Notes: generated by a model from the letters alone, not told the origin. Positions 17,331 to 27,823 are shown, counted from the stretch's first letter. The stretch is 64,000 nt of DNA from Patescibacteria group bacterium (GCA_020148025.1 JAHCRH010000001.1:12652-76651); one strand, 5' to 3'. Translations and numbers: made by a program.

Positions 17331-19151
17331 ATGTGCGGAATAGTAGGTTTCTTCGGAAACAATAATAATATAGAAATTGGACTCGATGTTTTAAAAAGAT
17401 TGGAGTATAGGGGATATGATTCAGCTGGCTTAGCTTTTTTTAACTCAGAAAAAAAAGAAATTTTTTGTTTAAAAACTGCGGGAAGGATAAATTTATTAGA
17501 AAAGAAACTTAAGGAATCTAAATTTGATTTTAATGGGAATCCTTCAATTTTTCATACGAGATGGGCAACCCATGGAGAAGTAACCGATGAGAACGCTCAT
17601 CCTCACTTCGACTGTCAAAAAAATATTTTTTTGGTTCACAATGGGATCATTGAAAATTATAGGGAATTAAAGGAAAAGTTGATTAAAGAGGGTCATCAAT
17701 TTTCATCTGAGACAGACACCGAAGTTTTATCTCATTTAATTGAAAAGTTCTTTCAAGGGAATTTGGAAGAGGCAGTAAGAAAAGCTCTGAGATTAGTAAA
17801 GGGGACCTATGCAATTTGTGTAATTTCTCGTCAGGATCCTCAAAAAATCGTTGCTGCCCGTTTATCTTCTCCTCTCTTAATAGGGTTAAACGGCAAGGAA
17901 TACATTGTAGCTTCTGATCCAGCAGCAATCGTTCCTTTTACAAGAAAAATAATAAACCTCGACGATTATGAAATAGCTGTTATCTCTCCAGAAAAATTTT
18001 TCATTCTTAAAGAAAAAATTCCGGAAGAGATAGAATTTACCCTTGAAGAAGCCGAGAGAGGGGGCTATTCTCATTTCATGCTGAAAGAAATAATGGAACA
18101 GCCAGAAAGTTTAGAAAACTCTCGAAGGGGAAGATTGATTTTGGAAACGGGTCAGGCAAAGTTGGGAGGATTAGAAAGCGTTAAAGAAAAATTAAGAAGG
18201 ATTAAGAGACTGATTATTGTTGCTTGCGGAACTGCTTACCATGCTGCTTTAGTGGGTAAATACATGTTAGAAGAATATGCCAGAATTCCAGTTGAGGTTG
18301 AGGTGGCCTCTGAATTTCGTTACAAAAAACCAATTTTAGATAAAAACACAGCAGTTTTAGCCATTTCCCAAAGCGGTGAAACAGCTGATACATCGGCAGC
18401 AATTAAAGAAGCAAAAGAAAAAGGGGTATTAACTCTGGGAATTGTAAATGTTGTTGGTTCTTCGATTGCTAGAGAAACAATAGCCGGAGTTTACAATCAT
18501 GCCGGACCTGAAATTGGGGTAGCCTCAACCAAAGCCTTTACTTCCCAGCTTGAAATTTTAGCTCTCTTAACTTTGTTTTTAGGAAGGCAAAGGGAAATGT
18601 CATTGGTAATTGGCCAAAGGATTGCCAGAGAAATTTTAAAAATTTCTGATTTGGTAAAAGAGGTTTTAGAAAATTCTTCGCAAATTGAAAAATTGGCAGA
18701 AAAATATAAAAACTATAATAACTTTTTATTTCTTGGCAGAAAATACAATTTTCCAGTCGCCTTAGAAGGAGCTTTAAAGCTCAAAGAAATTTCTTATATC
18801 CATGCCGAAGGCTATGGAGCTGGAGAAATGAAACACGGACCAATTGCCTTAATTGATGAAAATTTCCCGACTTTTGCTATTTGCCCTTCAGATTCAGTTT
18901 ATGATAAAATGCTTTCTAATATCGAAGAAATTAGAACAAGGAAAGGTAAACTGATTGCCTTAGCAACAAAAGGAAATAAAAAAATTCAAGAGTCAGCAGA
19001 TGATGTAATTTATATTCCAAAGACTTTGGAGATGTTAACTCCAATTTTAAGTGTTATCCCCTTGCAACTTTTCGCCTACTACCTAGGACTATTAAGAGGA
19101 TGTGATGTTGACAAGCCTAGGAATCTTGCTAAATCAGTTACAGTAGAATAA
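17331..19151 (+). CDS. glmS: glutamine--fructose-6-phosphate aminotransferase
   Basis: N-terminal nucleophile 'MCGIVGF', two SIS domains, C-terminal '...KSVTVE'. Confidence 0.95.
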   Translation: MCGIVGFFGNNNNIEIGLDVLKRLEYRGYDSAGLAFFNSEKKEIFCLKTAGRINLLEKKLKESKFDFNGNPSIFHTRWATHGEVTDENAHPHFDCQKNIFLVHNGIIENYRELKEKLIKEGHQFSSETDTEVLSHLIEKFFQGNLEEAVRKALRLVKGTYAICVISRQDPQKIVAARLSSPLLIGLNGKEYIVASDPAAIVPFTRKIINLDDYEIAVISPEKFFILKEKIPEEIEFTLEEAERGGYSHFMLKEIMEQPESLENSRRGRLILETGQAKLGGLESVKEKLRRIKRLIIVACGTAYHAALVGKYMLEEYARIPVEVEVASEFRYKKPILDKNTAVLAISQSGETADTSAAIKEAKEKGVLTLGIVNVVGSSIARETIAGVYNHAGPEIGVASTKAFTSQLEILALLTLFLGRQREMSLVIGQRIAREILKISDLVKEVLENSSQIEKLAEKYKNYNNFLFLGRKYNFPVALEGALKLKEISYIHAEGYGAGEMKHGPIALIDENFPTFAICPSDSVYDKMLSNIEEIRTRKGKLIALATKGNKKIQESADDVIYIPKTLEMLTPILSVIPLQLFAYYLGLLRGCDVDKPRNLAKSVTVE

Positions 19152-19170
19152 AATTAGAAATTAGAAAAAT

Positions 19171-20808
19171 ATGGAAAAAATAATTTTAATTGGAGGAAAA
19201 GCTGGTCAGGGTTCAGCCCTCACCTCTTATTTTATAGGAAAGATATTTTGTAGTTTGGGATATTATGTTTTTAATTACCGGGATTACCCTTCTTTAATAA
19301 GAGGAGGGCATAATTTTAATGTTCTGAGAATTTCTGACAAGCCGGTTTATTCTCACAAAAACAAATACGACATTATCTTGGCCTTAGACCAGAAAACTAT
19401 CGATTTACATCAAAAAGACTTAAATAAAAACGGTTTCGTTATTGGAGACAAAACTTTAAAGGCAAAGAAACTATGTTCAATCGATCTAAAATCCATTCTA
19501 AGCAGATTAAAAGCGCCCAAAATTTTAGAAGCCGATATTTTAGTAGGTTTTCTTTTTAAACATTTTGGAGTTAATAAAAAAATTTTATTAAAAGCTGCAG
19601 AAAAACAATTTAGAGAGAAAGCAAAATTGGTAAAAAAAACAATAGAAGAGGGATATGATTTGGCCAAAACGAAAGGAAAACTAAAAAAGATAGGTCCAGC
19701 CAAATATTTCATCTCTGGGAACGAAGCAATAAGCATAGGAGCTTTGGCTGCAGGCCTTGATATTTACATTGCCTATCCAATGACACCAGCTACTCATGTC
19801 TTGCATTTCTTGGCCAAAAGACAACTGGAACATAATATTTTAGTATTACAATTGGAGAACGAAACTGGAATAGCAAATGCAGCTGTGGGAGCTTCTTTTG
19901 CTGGGGCTAAAGTAATGGTTGGAACCTCTGGAGGCGGCTTTGCTTTAATGACCGAAGCCTTGAGTTTAGCCGGTATGTCGGAACTACCTTTAGTAGTCTA
20001 TTTAGCTCAAAGAACAGCTCCTGCTTCTGGAGTTCCAACCTACACTGCCCAGGGCGATCTAAAATTTGCTTTAAATAGTGGCCACGGTGAATTTCCAAGG
20101 ATTGTTGTTGCTCCCGGGGATCCGCAGGAAGCTATAATAAGAGCCCAAGAAGCTTTCTATCTATCTTCAAGATATAGAACTCTGGCAATTCTTTTGGGTG
20201 ATAAACATTTAGGAGAAAGCAATTATAGTTTTGATGAAATTAAAAAATCTCCGATAGGTAATCAAAGATTTCTCTTAAAAAATCCTTCAAAAAATTACAA
20301 AGGTTATCAAATTACCAAGACCGGAGTTTCTCCTAGAGCAGTTCCGGGCCAGGGTCCTTTTGTTCGTGCTACCAGTTACGAACATAACGAATACGGAAAT
20401 ACGATTGAAGACCCCGACTGGATAGTTAAAATGAACAACAAGCGCTTAAAAAAAATTAGACATCTGGTGCGAGATATAAAGAAGTTTAACCCCGTTACTG
20501 TATATGGTAAAGGAAAAAATCTGATAATTGGTTGGGGGTCGACTAAAGGAGCAATAATTGATGCAATCTCCGAACTCAATAATTTTAGGTTTTTGCAAAT
20601 TTCTTATCTTAGCCCGTTCCCAAAAGAAAAAGTGGCGAAAGAAATTAAAAAATCTCAGAAAATAATTCTGGTAGAAAATAATGCAACCGGCTTATTAGGT
20701 GATGTAATTGCTGAACAAACCGGTCTAATTATCAAAGATAAAGTTTTAAAATATGATGCCAGACCCTTTACCCCTTCTGATATTATTAGGGGTATTAAAA
20801 AATTATGA
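19171..20808 (+). CDS. 2-oxoacid:ferredoxin oxidoreductase, fused gamma-alpha subunit
   Basis: 545 aa; 'GGKAGQG' gamma-domain N-terminus followed by an alpha domain. Confidence 0.8.
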   Translation: MEKIILIGGKAGQGSALTSYFIGKIFCSLGYYVFNYRDYPSLIRGGHNFNVLRISDKPVYSHKNKYDIILALDQKTIDLHQKDLNKNGFVIGDKTLKAKKLCSIDLKSILSRLKAPKILEADILVGFLFKHFGVNKKILLKAAEKQFREKAKLVKKTIEEGYDLAKTKGKLKKIGPAKYFISGNEAISIGALAAGLDIYIAYPMTPATHVLHFLAKRQLEHNILVLQLENETGIANAAVGASFAGAKVMVGTSGGGFALMTEALSLAGMSELPLVVYLAQRTAPASGVPTYTAQGDLKFALNSGHGEFPRIVVAPGDPQEAIIRAQEAFYLSSRYRTLAILLGDKHLGESNYSFDEIKKSPIGNQRFLLKNPSKNYKGYQITKTGVSPRAVPGQGPFVRATSYEHNEYGNTIEDPDWIVKMNNKRLKKIRHLVRDIKKFNPVTVYGKGKNLIIGWGSTKGAIIDAISELNNFRFLQISYLSPFPKEKVAKEIKKSQKIILVENNATGLLGDVIAEQTGLIIKDKVLKYDARPFTPSDIIRGIKKL

Positions 20809-21674
20809 AAATTGAAAAATTAAGCACAAAAGAAGAAATTACTTGGTGTCCTGGATGTTCGAATAACGGAATTTTACAAGCTTCAAAAGAAGCGATAGTT
20901 GGTTTAGTAAATAAAAATAAAATTAAAGCCAAAGATGTTACAATTGTTACTGGCGTTGGTTGTAGCCCCAAAATTTTTGACTATGTCAATGTAAATGGGT
21001 TTTATGGACTTCACGGTAGAGTCTTACCTGTTTGTCTGGGCATAAAAAATGGTAATCCAAAATTAACAGTCATTGGTTTTGCCGGAGATGGGGGTACTTA
21101 TGCGGAAGGGATCGCCCACTTTATTCATGCCTGCCGCTACAATGCAAATTTTACAATGATTGTTCATAATAATCAGGTTTTTTCCTTAACCACTGGTCAG
21201 GCTACTCCTACTTCAGAAAAAGGATTTGTTGATGGTTCCACTCCCTTAGGGATAAAAGAGAAGCCATTGAATCCAATTGTCCTGGCCTTAGAAAGCGGAG
21301 CAAGTTTTGTAGCCAGGGGTTATGCTTTAGATGTTCCTCATTTGAAAAATCTTATAAAACAGGCAATAGCGCATAAGGGGTTTGCTTTTGTTGATGTCTT
21401 GCAACCCTGCTTGATATTTCATAATACTACTCCTTATTTTCAAAAAAATATTTACAAGTTAGACAAAAGCCACGATATTTCAGATCTTGAAAGAGCTTTA
21501 CAGAAAGCCAAAGAATGGGACTATTGTTTCGATAAGGACACTAAAATCCCCATTGGCATTTTTTACAAAAAAAGAAAGCCAACCTTTGAAGAGCAATGGC
21601 CCCAATTGAAAAAACCCTGGTATAATATTAAAAGAGAGATAGATTGGGAAAGGATTATCGAAAAGTTTAAATAG
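20805..21674 (+). CDS. 2-oxoacid:ferredoxin oxidoreductase beta subunit (TPP-binding)
   Basis: 'WCPGCSNNGIL', 'GFAGDGGTYAEG'; 4-bp overlap with the alpha gene. Confidence 0.85.
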   Translation: MKIEKLSTKEEITWCPGCSNNGILQASKEAIVGLVNKNKIKAKDVTIVTGVGCSPKIFDYVNVNGFYGLHGRVLPVCLGIKNGNPKLTVIGFAGDGGTYAEGIAHFIHACRYNANFTMIVHNNQVFSLTTGQATPTSEKGFVDGSTPLGIKEKPLNPIVLALESGASFVARGYALDVPHLKNLIKQAIAHKGFAFVDVLQPCLIFHNTTPYFQKNIYKLDKSHDISDLERALQKAKEWDYCFDKDTKIPIGIFYKKRKPTFEEQWPQLKKPWYNIKREIDWERIIEKFK

Positions 21675-21685
21675 TTTTTAAATCA

Positions 21686-22927
21686 ATGGTAAAAGCTGTG
21701 ATTTTAGCTGCGGGTTCTTCATCTAGGTTTTGGCCCTTGAATGTTCAACATAAGGGTCTTTTTAAAATAATTGGTCGACCCTTAATTTGGTATACAATTG
21801 AAAATTTAAGAAAAAACGGAATAAAAGAATTAATAATTGTTCAAGGACAAAAAAAAGACATAGAAAAAGAATTAAAAAATTATAAATTCCAGAATTTAAA
21901 GACAAAATATGTTATTCAAAAAAAACCTCTGGGGACTGGAGACGCTCTCAAGCGAGCTAAAGCATTTATTAAAGATAAATTTATTCTCTTATACGGTGAT
22001 GATTTCTACAGCGAGGAAGATATAAAAAAATGTCTAAAGAAAAAACCCTGTATTTTAATAAAACAGGTGCAAAATCCCAATAATTTTGGACAGGTAGTTG
22101 TCCAAAAAAATCGGGTTAAAAAATTAATTGAAAAACCGAAAAAGAAAGTTTCAAGGCTGGTTAATACCGGCCTTTATCTTTTAGATAAATCAATTTTCGA
22201 TTTTAAAATAAGAAAATCTAAAAGGAAAGAATATGAACTCATTGATTTTGTTAAAGAATTAATAAAAAAAGAAAAATTGTATTTTAAGATTGCAAAAAAC
22301 TGGATTCCAATTTCTTATCCCTGGGATTTGTTTAATGTTAATAAATTTTTATTAAATAAAATTAAAAGAAAGATTTTTGGAAAAGTAGAAAAATACACTA
22401 CTCTCAAAGGGAAAATAATCGTTGGCAAAAAAACAATAATAAAGAATGGAACTTATATCGAAGGACCAGTTTATATCGGAAATAATTGTCAAATTGGGCC
22501 TAGCTGTTATATAAGGAAGTTCACTTCAATTGGTGATAATTGTAATATTGGTCAAGCAGTGGAAATAAAAAATTCCATTATTGGTGATAATTCAAGGGTA
22601 TCTCATTTAAGCTATTTGGGAGATTCCATAATAGGGCCAAATTGTAACTTAGGAGCTGGAACAATTATGGCTAATCTCAGATTCGATTCCAAGACAGTAA
22701 AAGCGAAAATTCGTGGCAAATTGATAGATACTGGAAGAAAAAAATTAGGCTGTATTCTAGGAGATAATGTTAAAACAGGAATTAACGTCTCTTTAATGCC
22801 AGGAGTTTTAATAGGATCTGATTGTCAAATCGGGCCTGACTCTTTAGTTTTCAAAAATATTAAAGATAATACGATTTATTACACCCGCCAAAGTTTAAAG
22901 AAACTCAAGCGGACAAGAAAAACTTGA
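21686..22927 (+). CDS. sugar-phosphate nucleotidyltransferase fused to left-handed beta-helix acyltransferase domain (GlmU-like, archaeal type)
   Basis: 'VILAAGSSSRFWP' NTP-transferase motif; C-terminal hexapeptide repeats. Confidence 0.7.
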   Translation: MVKAVILAAGSSSRFWPLNVQHKGLFKIIGRPLIWYTIENLRKNGIKELIIVQGQKKDIEKELKNYKFQNLKTKYVIQKKPLGTGDALKRAKAFIKDKFILLYGDDFYSEEDIKKCLKKKPCILIKQVQNPNNFGQVVVQKNRVKKLIEKPKKKVSRLVNTGLYLLDKSIFDFKIRKSKRKEYELIDFVKELIKKEKLYFKIAKNWIPISYPWDLFNVNKFLLNKIKRKIFGKVEKYTTLKGKIIVGKKTIIKNGTYIEGPVYIGNNCQIGPSCYIRKFTSIGDNCNIGQAVEIKNSIIGDNSRVSHLSYLGDSIIGPNCNLGAGTIMANLRFDSKTVKAKIRGKLIDTGRKKLGCILGDNVKTGINVSLMPGVLIGSDCQIGPDSLVFKNIKDNTIYYTRQSLKKLKRTRKT

Positions 22928-23028
22928 AGAATTAAAGTAAAAAACTTGATGTGGATAACTTAATCTGCTATAATTGAGATGTCTTTGAAAAAATCAGGGA
23001 CTATGAAACAAAGAAAGAAGGAAACTAG

Positions 23029-23184
23029 ATGACTGAAAAAAAGATGAAGGATGGAAGACGAGCGATAACAAAAGAAGAGGCAATCAAAAACTTTAAATTC
23101 CTACCAAAAGGACTCAAGAGAAGAATATTAGCTTCGCCAGAGCTGACTGAAGCCGAAAAGGCCGAACTGCGTTTTGGCTACTAA
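23029..23184 (+). CDS. small hypothetical protein (51 aa)
   Basis: 'MTEKKMKDGRRAITKEEAIKNFKFLPKGLKRRILASPELTEAEKAELRFGY'; weak RBS 'aaggaa'. Confidence 0.25.
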   Translation: MTEKKMKDGRRAITKEEAIKNFKFLPKGLKRRILASPELTEAEKAELRFGY

Positions 23185-23369
23185 TGCCAATAAAAAAACA
23201 AATCAATCCCCCTTTTTTCTTTCAAAATAAAATTGCTCTTTTAATTGCTCCTTAAAAATTTTCTTTTAATCAAAGGCATTAGTCAAAATTGGTTTAACGC
23301 CTATTTTTTTTAGGCTTGACTAATTTTGAAAGAAATGATAAAAAGAAAATAGCTCATAAGAAATATGAT

Positions 23370-23500
23370 CTCGAATTGGGTCGTGATTGAGTGAATGTGC
23401 CGCGAGTCACGGACTCGTAATGTGAGGTAAGAGGATGCCGACGCCCTCCTTATCCATTCCTCTGGCCGAGGCTCCCGCCCACGAGAAAATTGATTCCTGA
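23370..23500 (+). other. GC-rich structured block in an AT-rich spacer (possible ncRNA, leader or repeat element)
   Basis: 'gggtcgtgattgagtgaatgtgccgcgagtcacggactcg...ggccgaggctcccgcccacgag', followed by a hairpin terminator at 23500-23542. Confidence 0.3.
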
Positions 23501-23575
23501 AAGGCGTTCAACAATAAAACTTACGAACGCCTATTTTTTATTTAATTCAGAACTTAAAAATGTTAAGATAAAAAA

Positions 23576-24595
23576 ATGAAAAAGAAGAATCAAAAGTTTA
23601 CTTATCGAGACCTTCAATCCCAGTCCGCCACCGCCCGCGAGCGGACTCGCGGGCGGGCGAGCGGCGGGCCGATGGGGGGCGGATATGTAATTGGAGTAGA
23701 TGGAGGAGGAACAAAAACAATTGCTGCTTTGGCTAATTTAAAAGGAAAGATTTTGAAACTGGCAAAAACTGGGCCTTCAAATTTGAGGAACGTTGGAATA
23801 AAAAAAGCAGCTGAAAATATTGCTTTAGCAATTAAAAAAGTTTTGCCAAAGAAAGGAAAAATTTTATCTACTTTTATAGCTTTGGCAGCAGTTGAAGAAG
23901 AGTATAAATTCAAAAAAGAAAGAATCAAAAAAGAGATTTTAAAAGAAAAAGGAGTTTCTAAAATTTCAAAAGGAAAAATAGAAATTGGTTCAGATCAAGT
24001 TATAGCTTTTAGAGCAGGAACTGATGACAAAGATGGCGTTGTTCTAATTTCAGGCACGGGTTGTGTAGCTCGTGGCTGGAAAGGGAATAAAGAAGCAAAA
24101 GTTTCAGGTTGGGGTTGGTTAGATGATGAGGGTTCTGGATTTTGGGCGGGTCAAAGGGGTTTCCAGGCAGTTTTAAAAGAATTAGATGGTCGAGGGCCAA
24201 AAACTAAAATTACGAAATTAATTTTTAAGGAATGGAAATTGAAAAATAAAGAGGACCTTCTAAAAAAAGTTTATTCAAAAAATTCAATTCGCCAGGTTTC
24301 TTGTATCTCAAGAATCGTTGATAAAGCTGCTGAGGAAGGGGATAAAATTGCCAAAAGTATAATGAAAGAAGCTGGAAAGCAATTAGCTCAAGCTACCATT
24401 TCGGTAATTAAAAAATTAAATTTCAAAAATCAGAAATTCCCCTTAGTTTTGGTTGGCAGAATGTTTAGGTCGAAGGTTGTTTTAAAGAAAGTTAAATCTC
24501 AAGTGAAAAAAATTGCTCCAAGAGTGAAATTTATTCGGCCCAAAAAAGAACCAGTACTTGGGGCAGTAAAATTGGCTATTGAAAATTTAAAATAA
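23576..24595 (+). CDS. BadF/BadG/BcrA/BcrD-type ATPase (N-acetylglucosamine kinase-like)
   Basis: 'GVDGGGTKT'; likely true start at internal Met near 23672; the N-terminal 32 codons are a GC-rich perfect palindrome 'ccgcccgcgagcggactcgcgggcgg'. Confidence 0.7.
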   Translation: MKKKNQKFTYRDLQSQSATARERTRGRASGGPMGGGYVIGVDGGGTKTIAALANLKGKILKLAKTGPSNLRNVGIKKAAENIALAIKKVLPKKGKILSTFIALAAVEEEYKFKKERIKKEILKEKGVSKISKGKIEIGSDQVIAFRAGTDDKDGVVLISGTGCVARGWKGNKEAKVSGWGWLDDEGSGFWAGQRGFQAVLKELDGRGPKTKITKLIFKEWKLKNKEDLLKKVYSKNSIRQVSCISRIVDKAAEEGDKIAKSIMKEAGKQLAQATISVIKKLNFKNQKFPLVLVGRMFRSKVVLKKVKSQVKKIAPRVKFIRPKKEPVLGAVKLAIENLK

Positions 24596-24602
24596 ATCAG
24601 TT

Positions 24603-24655
24603 CGAGAGCTGTTCTCGGGATTAACTACAAAAAAGCCCTTAAAGGGCTTTTTTGT
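24603..24655. terminator. hairpin terminators between the kinase gene and tRNA-Leu
   Basis: 'cgagagctgttctcggg' and 'aaaaagcccttaaagggctttttt'. Confidence 0.5.
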
Positions 24656-24741
24656 TGGTGCCGCCGGTGGGAGTTGAACCCACATGAGGTTTCCCTCATG
24701 CGATTTTGAGTCGCACGCGTAATCCATTCCGCCACGGCGGC
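24656..24741 (-). tRNA. tRNA-Leu (anticodon CAA), encoded CCA
   Basis: reverse complement 'gccgccgtggcggaatgg...gactCAAaatc...gggttcaactcccaccggcggcacca'; long variable arm; 86 nt. Confidence 0.8.
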
Positions 24742-24783
24742 CTATTCTTAATTTATCAATTTTAAAACCAGTCGTCAATTTTA

Positions 24784-26841
24784 CTATTTTTCAAAACCAC
24801 ATTCTTTATTTGAACATTTTATTTGACCTCTTTTAGTTTTTATCAGTAGTGCTACGCATTTTGGACATTTTTCGCCAGTCGGTCTATCCCATAAGGCAAA
24901 ATCACATTCCGGCCAATTTGAGCAGCCATAAAAAATTTTTCCTTTTTTGGTTCTTTTTTGGGCTACTTCTCCTTTTTTACATTTCGGACATTTTATCCCT
25001 AAAGTTTCTTTTTTAAGGGGCTCAGTGTATTTACATTTTGGATATTTCGGACAAGCATAAAATCTTCCAAATTTTCCAAGCCTAATTATCATCTGCGAGC
25101 CACACTTGGGACAGATTTTCTCAGTTTTTTCGATCAAATCTTTCTTTGAAATTTCTTTTTCTTTTTGTTTAAGATTCTCTTCAAAGGGATTATAGAATTC
25201 TTTTAAAACCTTAACCCATTTTTCTTTTCCTTCGGCAATTTCATCCAGATCTTTCTCCATTTCGGCGGTGAATTCAATATCAACGATTTTCGGAAAATGA
25301 CTCACTAAAAGATCATTGACCACAGTTCCGATTTCTGTTGGTCCAAATCTCTTTTTTTCATCTTTCTCAATATAGTTTCTTTGCTGAATCGTAGATAATA
25401 TTGGAGCATAAGTTGAGGGCCGGCCAATTCCATTTTTTTCTAGTGCTCGAATCAAAGTGGCCTCAGTGTATCTTGGCGGAGGTTGGGTAAAGTGCTGAGA
25501 GGGAATTAATTCGATAAGTTTTAGAACTTCTTCAATTTCAAGTGGCGGCAATTCTTTTTCTTCGAATTTAATGGGATAGACTTTTAGGAATCCATCGAAT
25601 TTTAAAATTTGCCCCGTGGCCCGAAAAGTATAACTTGTCGCTTGCCGCTTGCCACTTGTCGTTAACACATCAACCGTTGTTGAATCAAAAATAGCTTGAG
25701 CCATCTGGCAGCCAATAAATCTCCGCCAGATTAAATCATAGAGCCGGGAACTGTTCTCATCCAATTTTAGTTTCTCAAGAATTTTGCTAGGATAGGTGGG
25801 TCTTATGGCTTCGTGAGCCTCCTGGACTTTTCCTTTGGCTTTATATTTTCTTAGGAAACCTGCCCAATACTCTTCACCATAGTGATTAATGATAAATTTT
25901 TTAGCTGCGAATAAAGACAGATTAGAAAGATTTAAAGAATCGGTTCTATGATAGGTGATATGTCCTTTTTCATAAAGATTCTGAGCGACCCGCATTGTTA
26001 ATTTGGCTGGCCAGTGAAATCTTTGCCAGGCTTCTTGCTGAAGGGTGCTAGTTGTAAAAGGAGGTAGGGGATTTCTTTTTGTTTCTTTTTTTTCGATATT
26101 AATTACTTTATATTCGGCCTCTTTTAAATCTTTTAAAATTTTATCTGCCTCCTTTTTTGTTTTAATTCCCAATTTTGTGATAGCTTTCCCATCTTTTTTA
26201 ATCAAAATCGCTTCAAATTCAGTTGGCAGAGGCCCGTCCTCTTCCAGTTTTTTTAGATGGACGGTGATTTTCCAGTATTCCTGAGGGACAAAGTTTTTAA
26301 TTTCTCTTTCTCTTTCCACCACTAATCTTACGGTCACTGATTGAACTCTTCCTGCTGACAACCCTCTGGCTATTTTTTTCCATAAAAAAGGAGAAAGCTT
26401 ATAGCCGACAATTCTATCTAAAATCCTTCTGGTCTGTTGGGCATCAACCAAATCCATATCAATTTTTCTCGGATTCTTCAGAGCCTCCTCAATTGCCGAT
26501 TTGGTAATTTCGTGAAAAACAATTCTTTGATAAGGATTTTTTCCGTCCAAATTCAAAGTTTGAGTTAGGTGCCAGGCAATAGCTTCTCCTTCTCGATCGC
26601 TATCGGTAGCTAAAATGGTTAATTTTGATTTTTCAGTGAGTTTTTTTAAGAACTGAATTACCTTTTTAGATTTTGGAGTAATAAGATATTCTGGCTTAAA
26701 ATCCTGCTCAATATCCACCCCAAATTTCTTTTGAGGCAAATCGCGAATATGTCCAAAAGTGGCGGCAACTTGATAATCTTTGCCAAGAAATTTTTTAAGA
26801 GTTTTTGATTTTGTAGGGCTTTCAACTACTACAAGTTTCAT
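24784..26841 (-). CDS. topA: DNA topoisomerase I
   Basis: TOPRIM N-terminus 'MKLVVVESPTKSKTLKKFLG...ATFGHIRDLP'; C-terminal Zn ribbons (CPKC...CPKC). Confidence 0.95.
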   Translation of the reverse strand: MKLVVVESPTKSKTLKKFLGKDYQVAATFGHIRDLPQKKFGVDIEQDFKPEYLITPKSKKVIQFLKKLTEKSKLTILATDSDREGEAIAWHLTQTLNLDGKNPYQRIVFHEITKSAIEEALKNPRKIDMDLVDAQQTRRILDRIVGYKLSPFLWKKIARGLSAGRVQSVTVRLVVEREREIKNFVPQEYWKITVHLKKLEEDGPLPTEFEAILIKKDGKAITKLGIKTKKEADKILKDLKEAEYKVINIEKKETKRNPLPPFTTSTLQQEAWQRFHWPAKLTMRVAQNLYEKGHITYHRTDSLNLSNLSLFAAKKFIINHYGEEYWAGFLRKYKAKGKVQEAHEAIRPTYPSKILEKLKLDENSSRLYDLIWRRFIGCQMAQAIFDSTTVDVLTTSGKRQATSYTFRATGQILKFDGFLKVYPIKFEEKELPPLEIEEVLKLIELIPSQHFTQPPPRYTEATLIRALEKNGIGRPSTYAPILSTIQQRNYIEKDEKKRFGPTEIGTVVNDLLVSHFPKIVDIEFTAEMEKDLDEIAEGKEKWVKVLKEFYNPFEENLKQKEKEISKKDLIEKTEKICPKCGSQMIIRLGKFGRFYACPKYPKCKYTEPLKKETLGIKCPKCKKGEVAQKRTKKGKIFYGCSNWPECDFALWDRPTGEKCPKCVALLIKTKRGQIKCSNKECGFEK

Positions 26842-26846
26842 AATTT

Positions 26847-27746
26847 TTAGCGCTTCATTGTATAAATACTCCCCCCTAAATTTCTTACTTTACCTTTTAT
26901 TTCCATTATCGCAAGTGTACTCGCCACTGTCGCAGCTTCAAGTTTTGTTTTCTCAATAATTTTATCAATATACAAGGCATCTTCTTTTAGGGCTTCTAAA
27001 ATTAAATTTTCCTCTAAAGTTTCTCCTTCAACGAGAACAGTTCTCGTTGATTTTATTGGTAAGTTTAATTCTTTTAAAATATCGTTGGCGCTTTCTACTA
27101 GTTTGGCTCCTTTTTTAATCAAGAGATGACAACCTTTTGAATTTGAGGAATGAATTGACCCGGGAATAGCAAAAATCTTCCGATTCTGTGTTTTTGCCCA
27201 ATCAGCAGTGATTAAGGCTCCAGATTTTTGTTTTGCTTCAATAACTAAAACCCCTAAACTTAATCCAGAAATTATTCTATTTCTTTGAGGGAAACTAAAT
27301 TGAGTTCCTCGAGTCCCGGGTTCATATTCAGAAATTAAACAGCCGCCTAATTCTAAAATTTTTTTAGCTAATTTTAGATTAGATTAAGGGTAAATGATTT
27401 TTTCATCAAGTCCAGTGCCCAAAACAGCAATTGTCCTTTTCCCTCTCTCGATTGTTGCCTGGTGAACAAAAGTATCAATGCCAGGAGCTAAACCCGAAAC
27501 AATAGTCAATCCGGCTTCGGCTAAGTCTCCGGCAATTTCTAAAGCAATTCTTTTTCCATAGGGAGAAAATCTTCTAGTGCCAACAATTGCAAAACGAGAT
27601 TCTTCCCGCCACAGGCGAGGCTCGTCCATGTGGGCGGCGGCCTTTAATTTACCTAGATAATAAAGAATTTTTGGTGGATTTTTAATCTTCTTTAAAAGTT
27701 TTGGATAATTTTTGTCATTTAAATCGATAGTTTTAATATCTTCCAT
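26847..27746 (-). pseudogene. dprA: DNA processing protein DprA/Smf interrupted by one in-frame TAA
   Basis: N-terminal 120 codons (27384-27746), in-frame TAA at 27384-27386, then 87 codons 'LGGCLISEYEPGT...FPQRNRIISGLSLGVLVIEAKQKSGALITA...AIPG', contiguous with the C-terminal 91 codons (26847-27122). Confidence 0.6.
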
Positions 27747-27752
27747 ACTTTA

Positions 27753-27781
27753 TTGACATATTTATTGGTTTATCATAAATT
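27753..27781 (+). promoter_or_regulatory. putative promoter TTGACA-17-TAAATT in a divergent region
   Basis: 'ttgacatatttattggtttatcataaatt'. Confidence 0.35.
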
Positions 27782-27823
27782 AAAGACAGAGATTTAACAA
27801 GTTTGATATAAGGGTGAAAAAAA

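Noticed and set aside
24587-24778. 63-aa ORF on the minus strand
   Set aside because: It overlaps the tRNA-Leu(CAA) gene; it is a tRNA, not a CDS.
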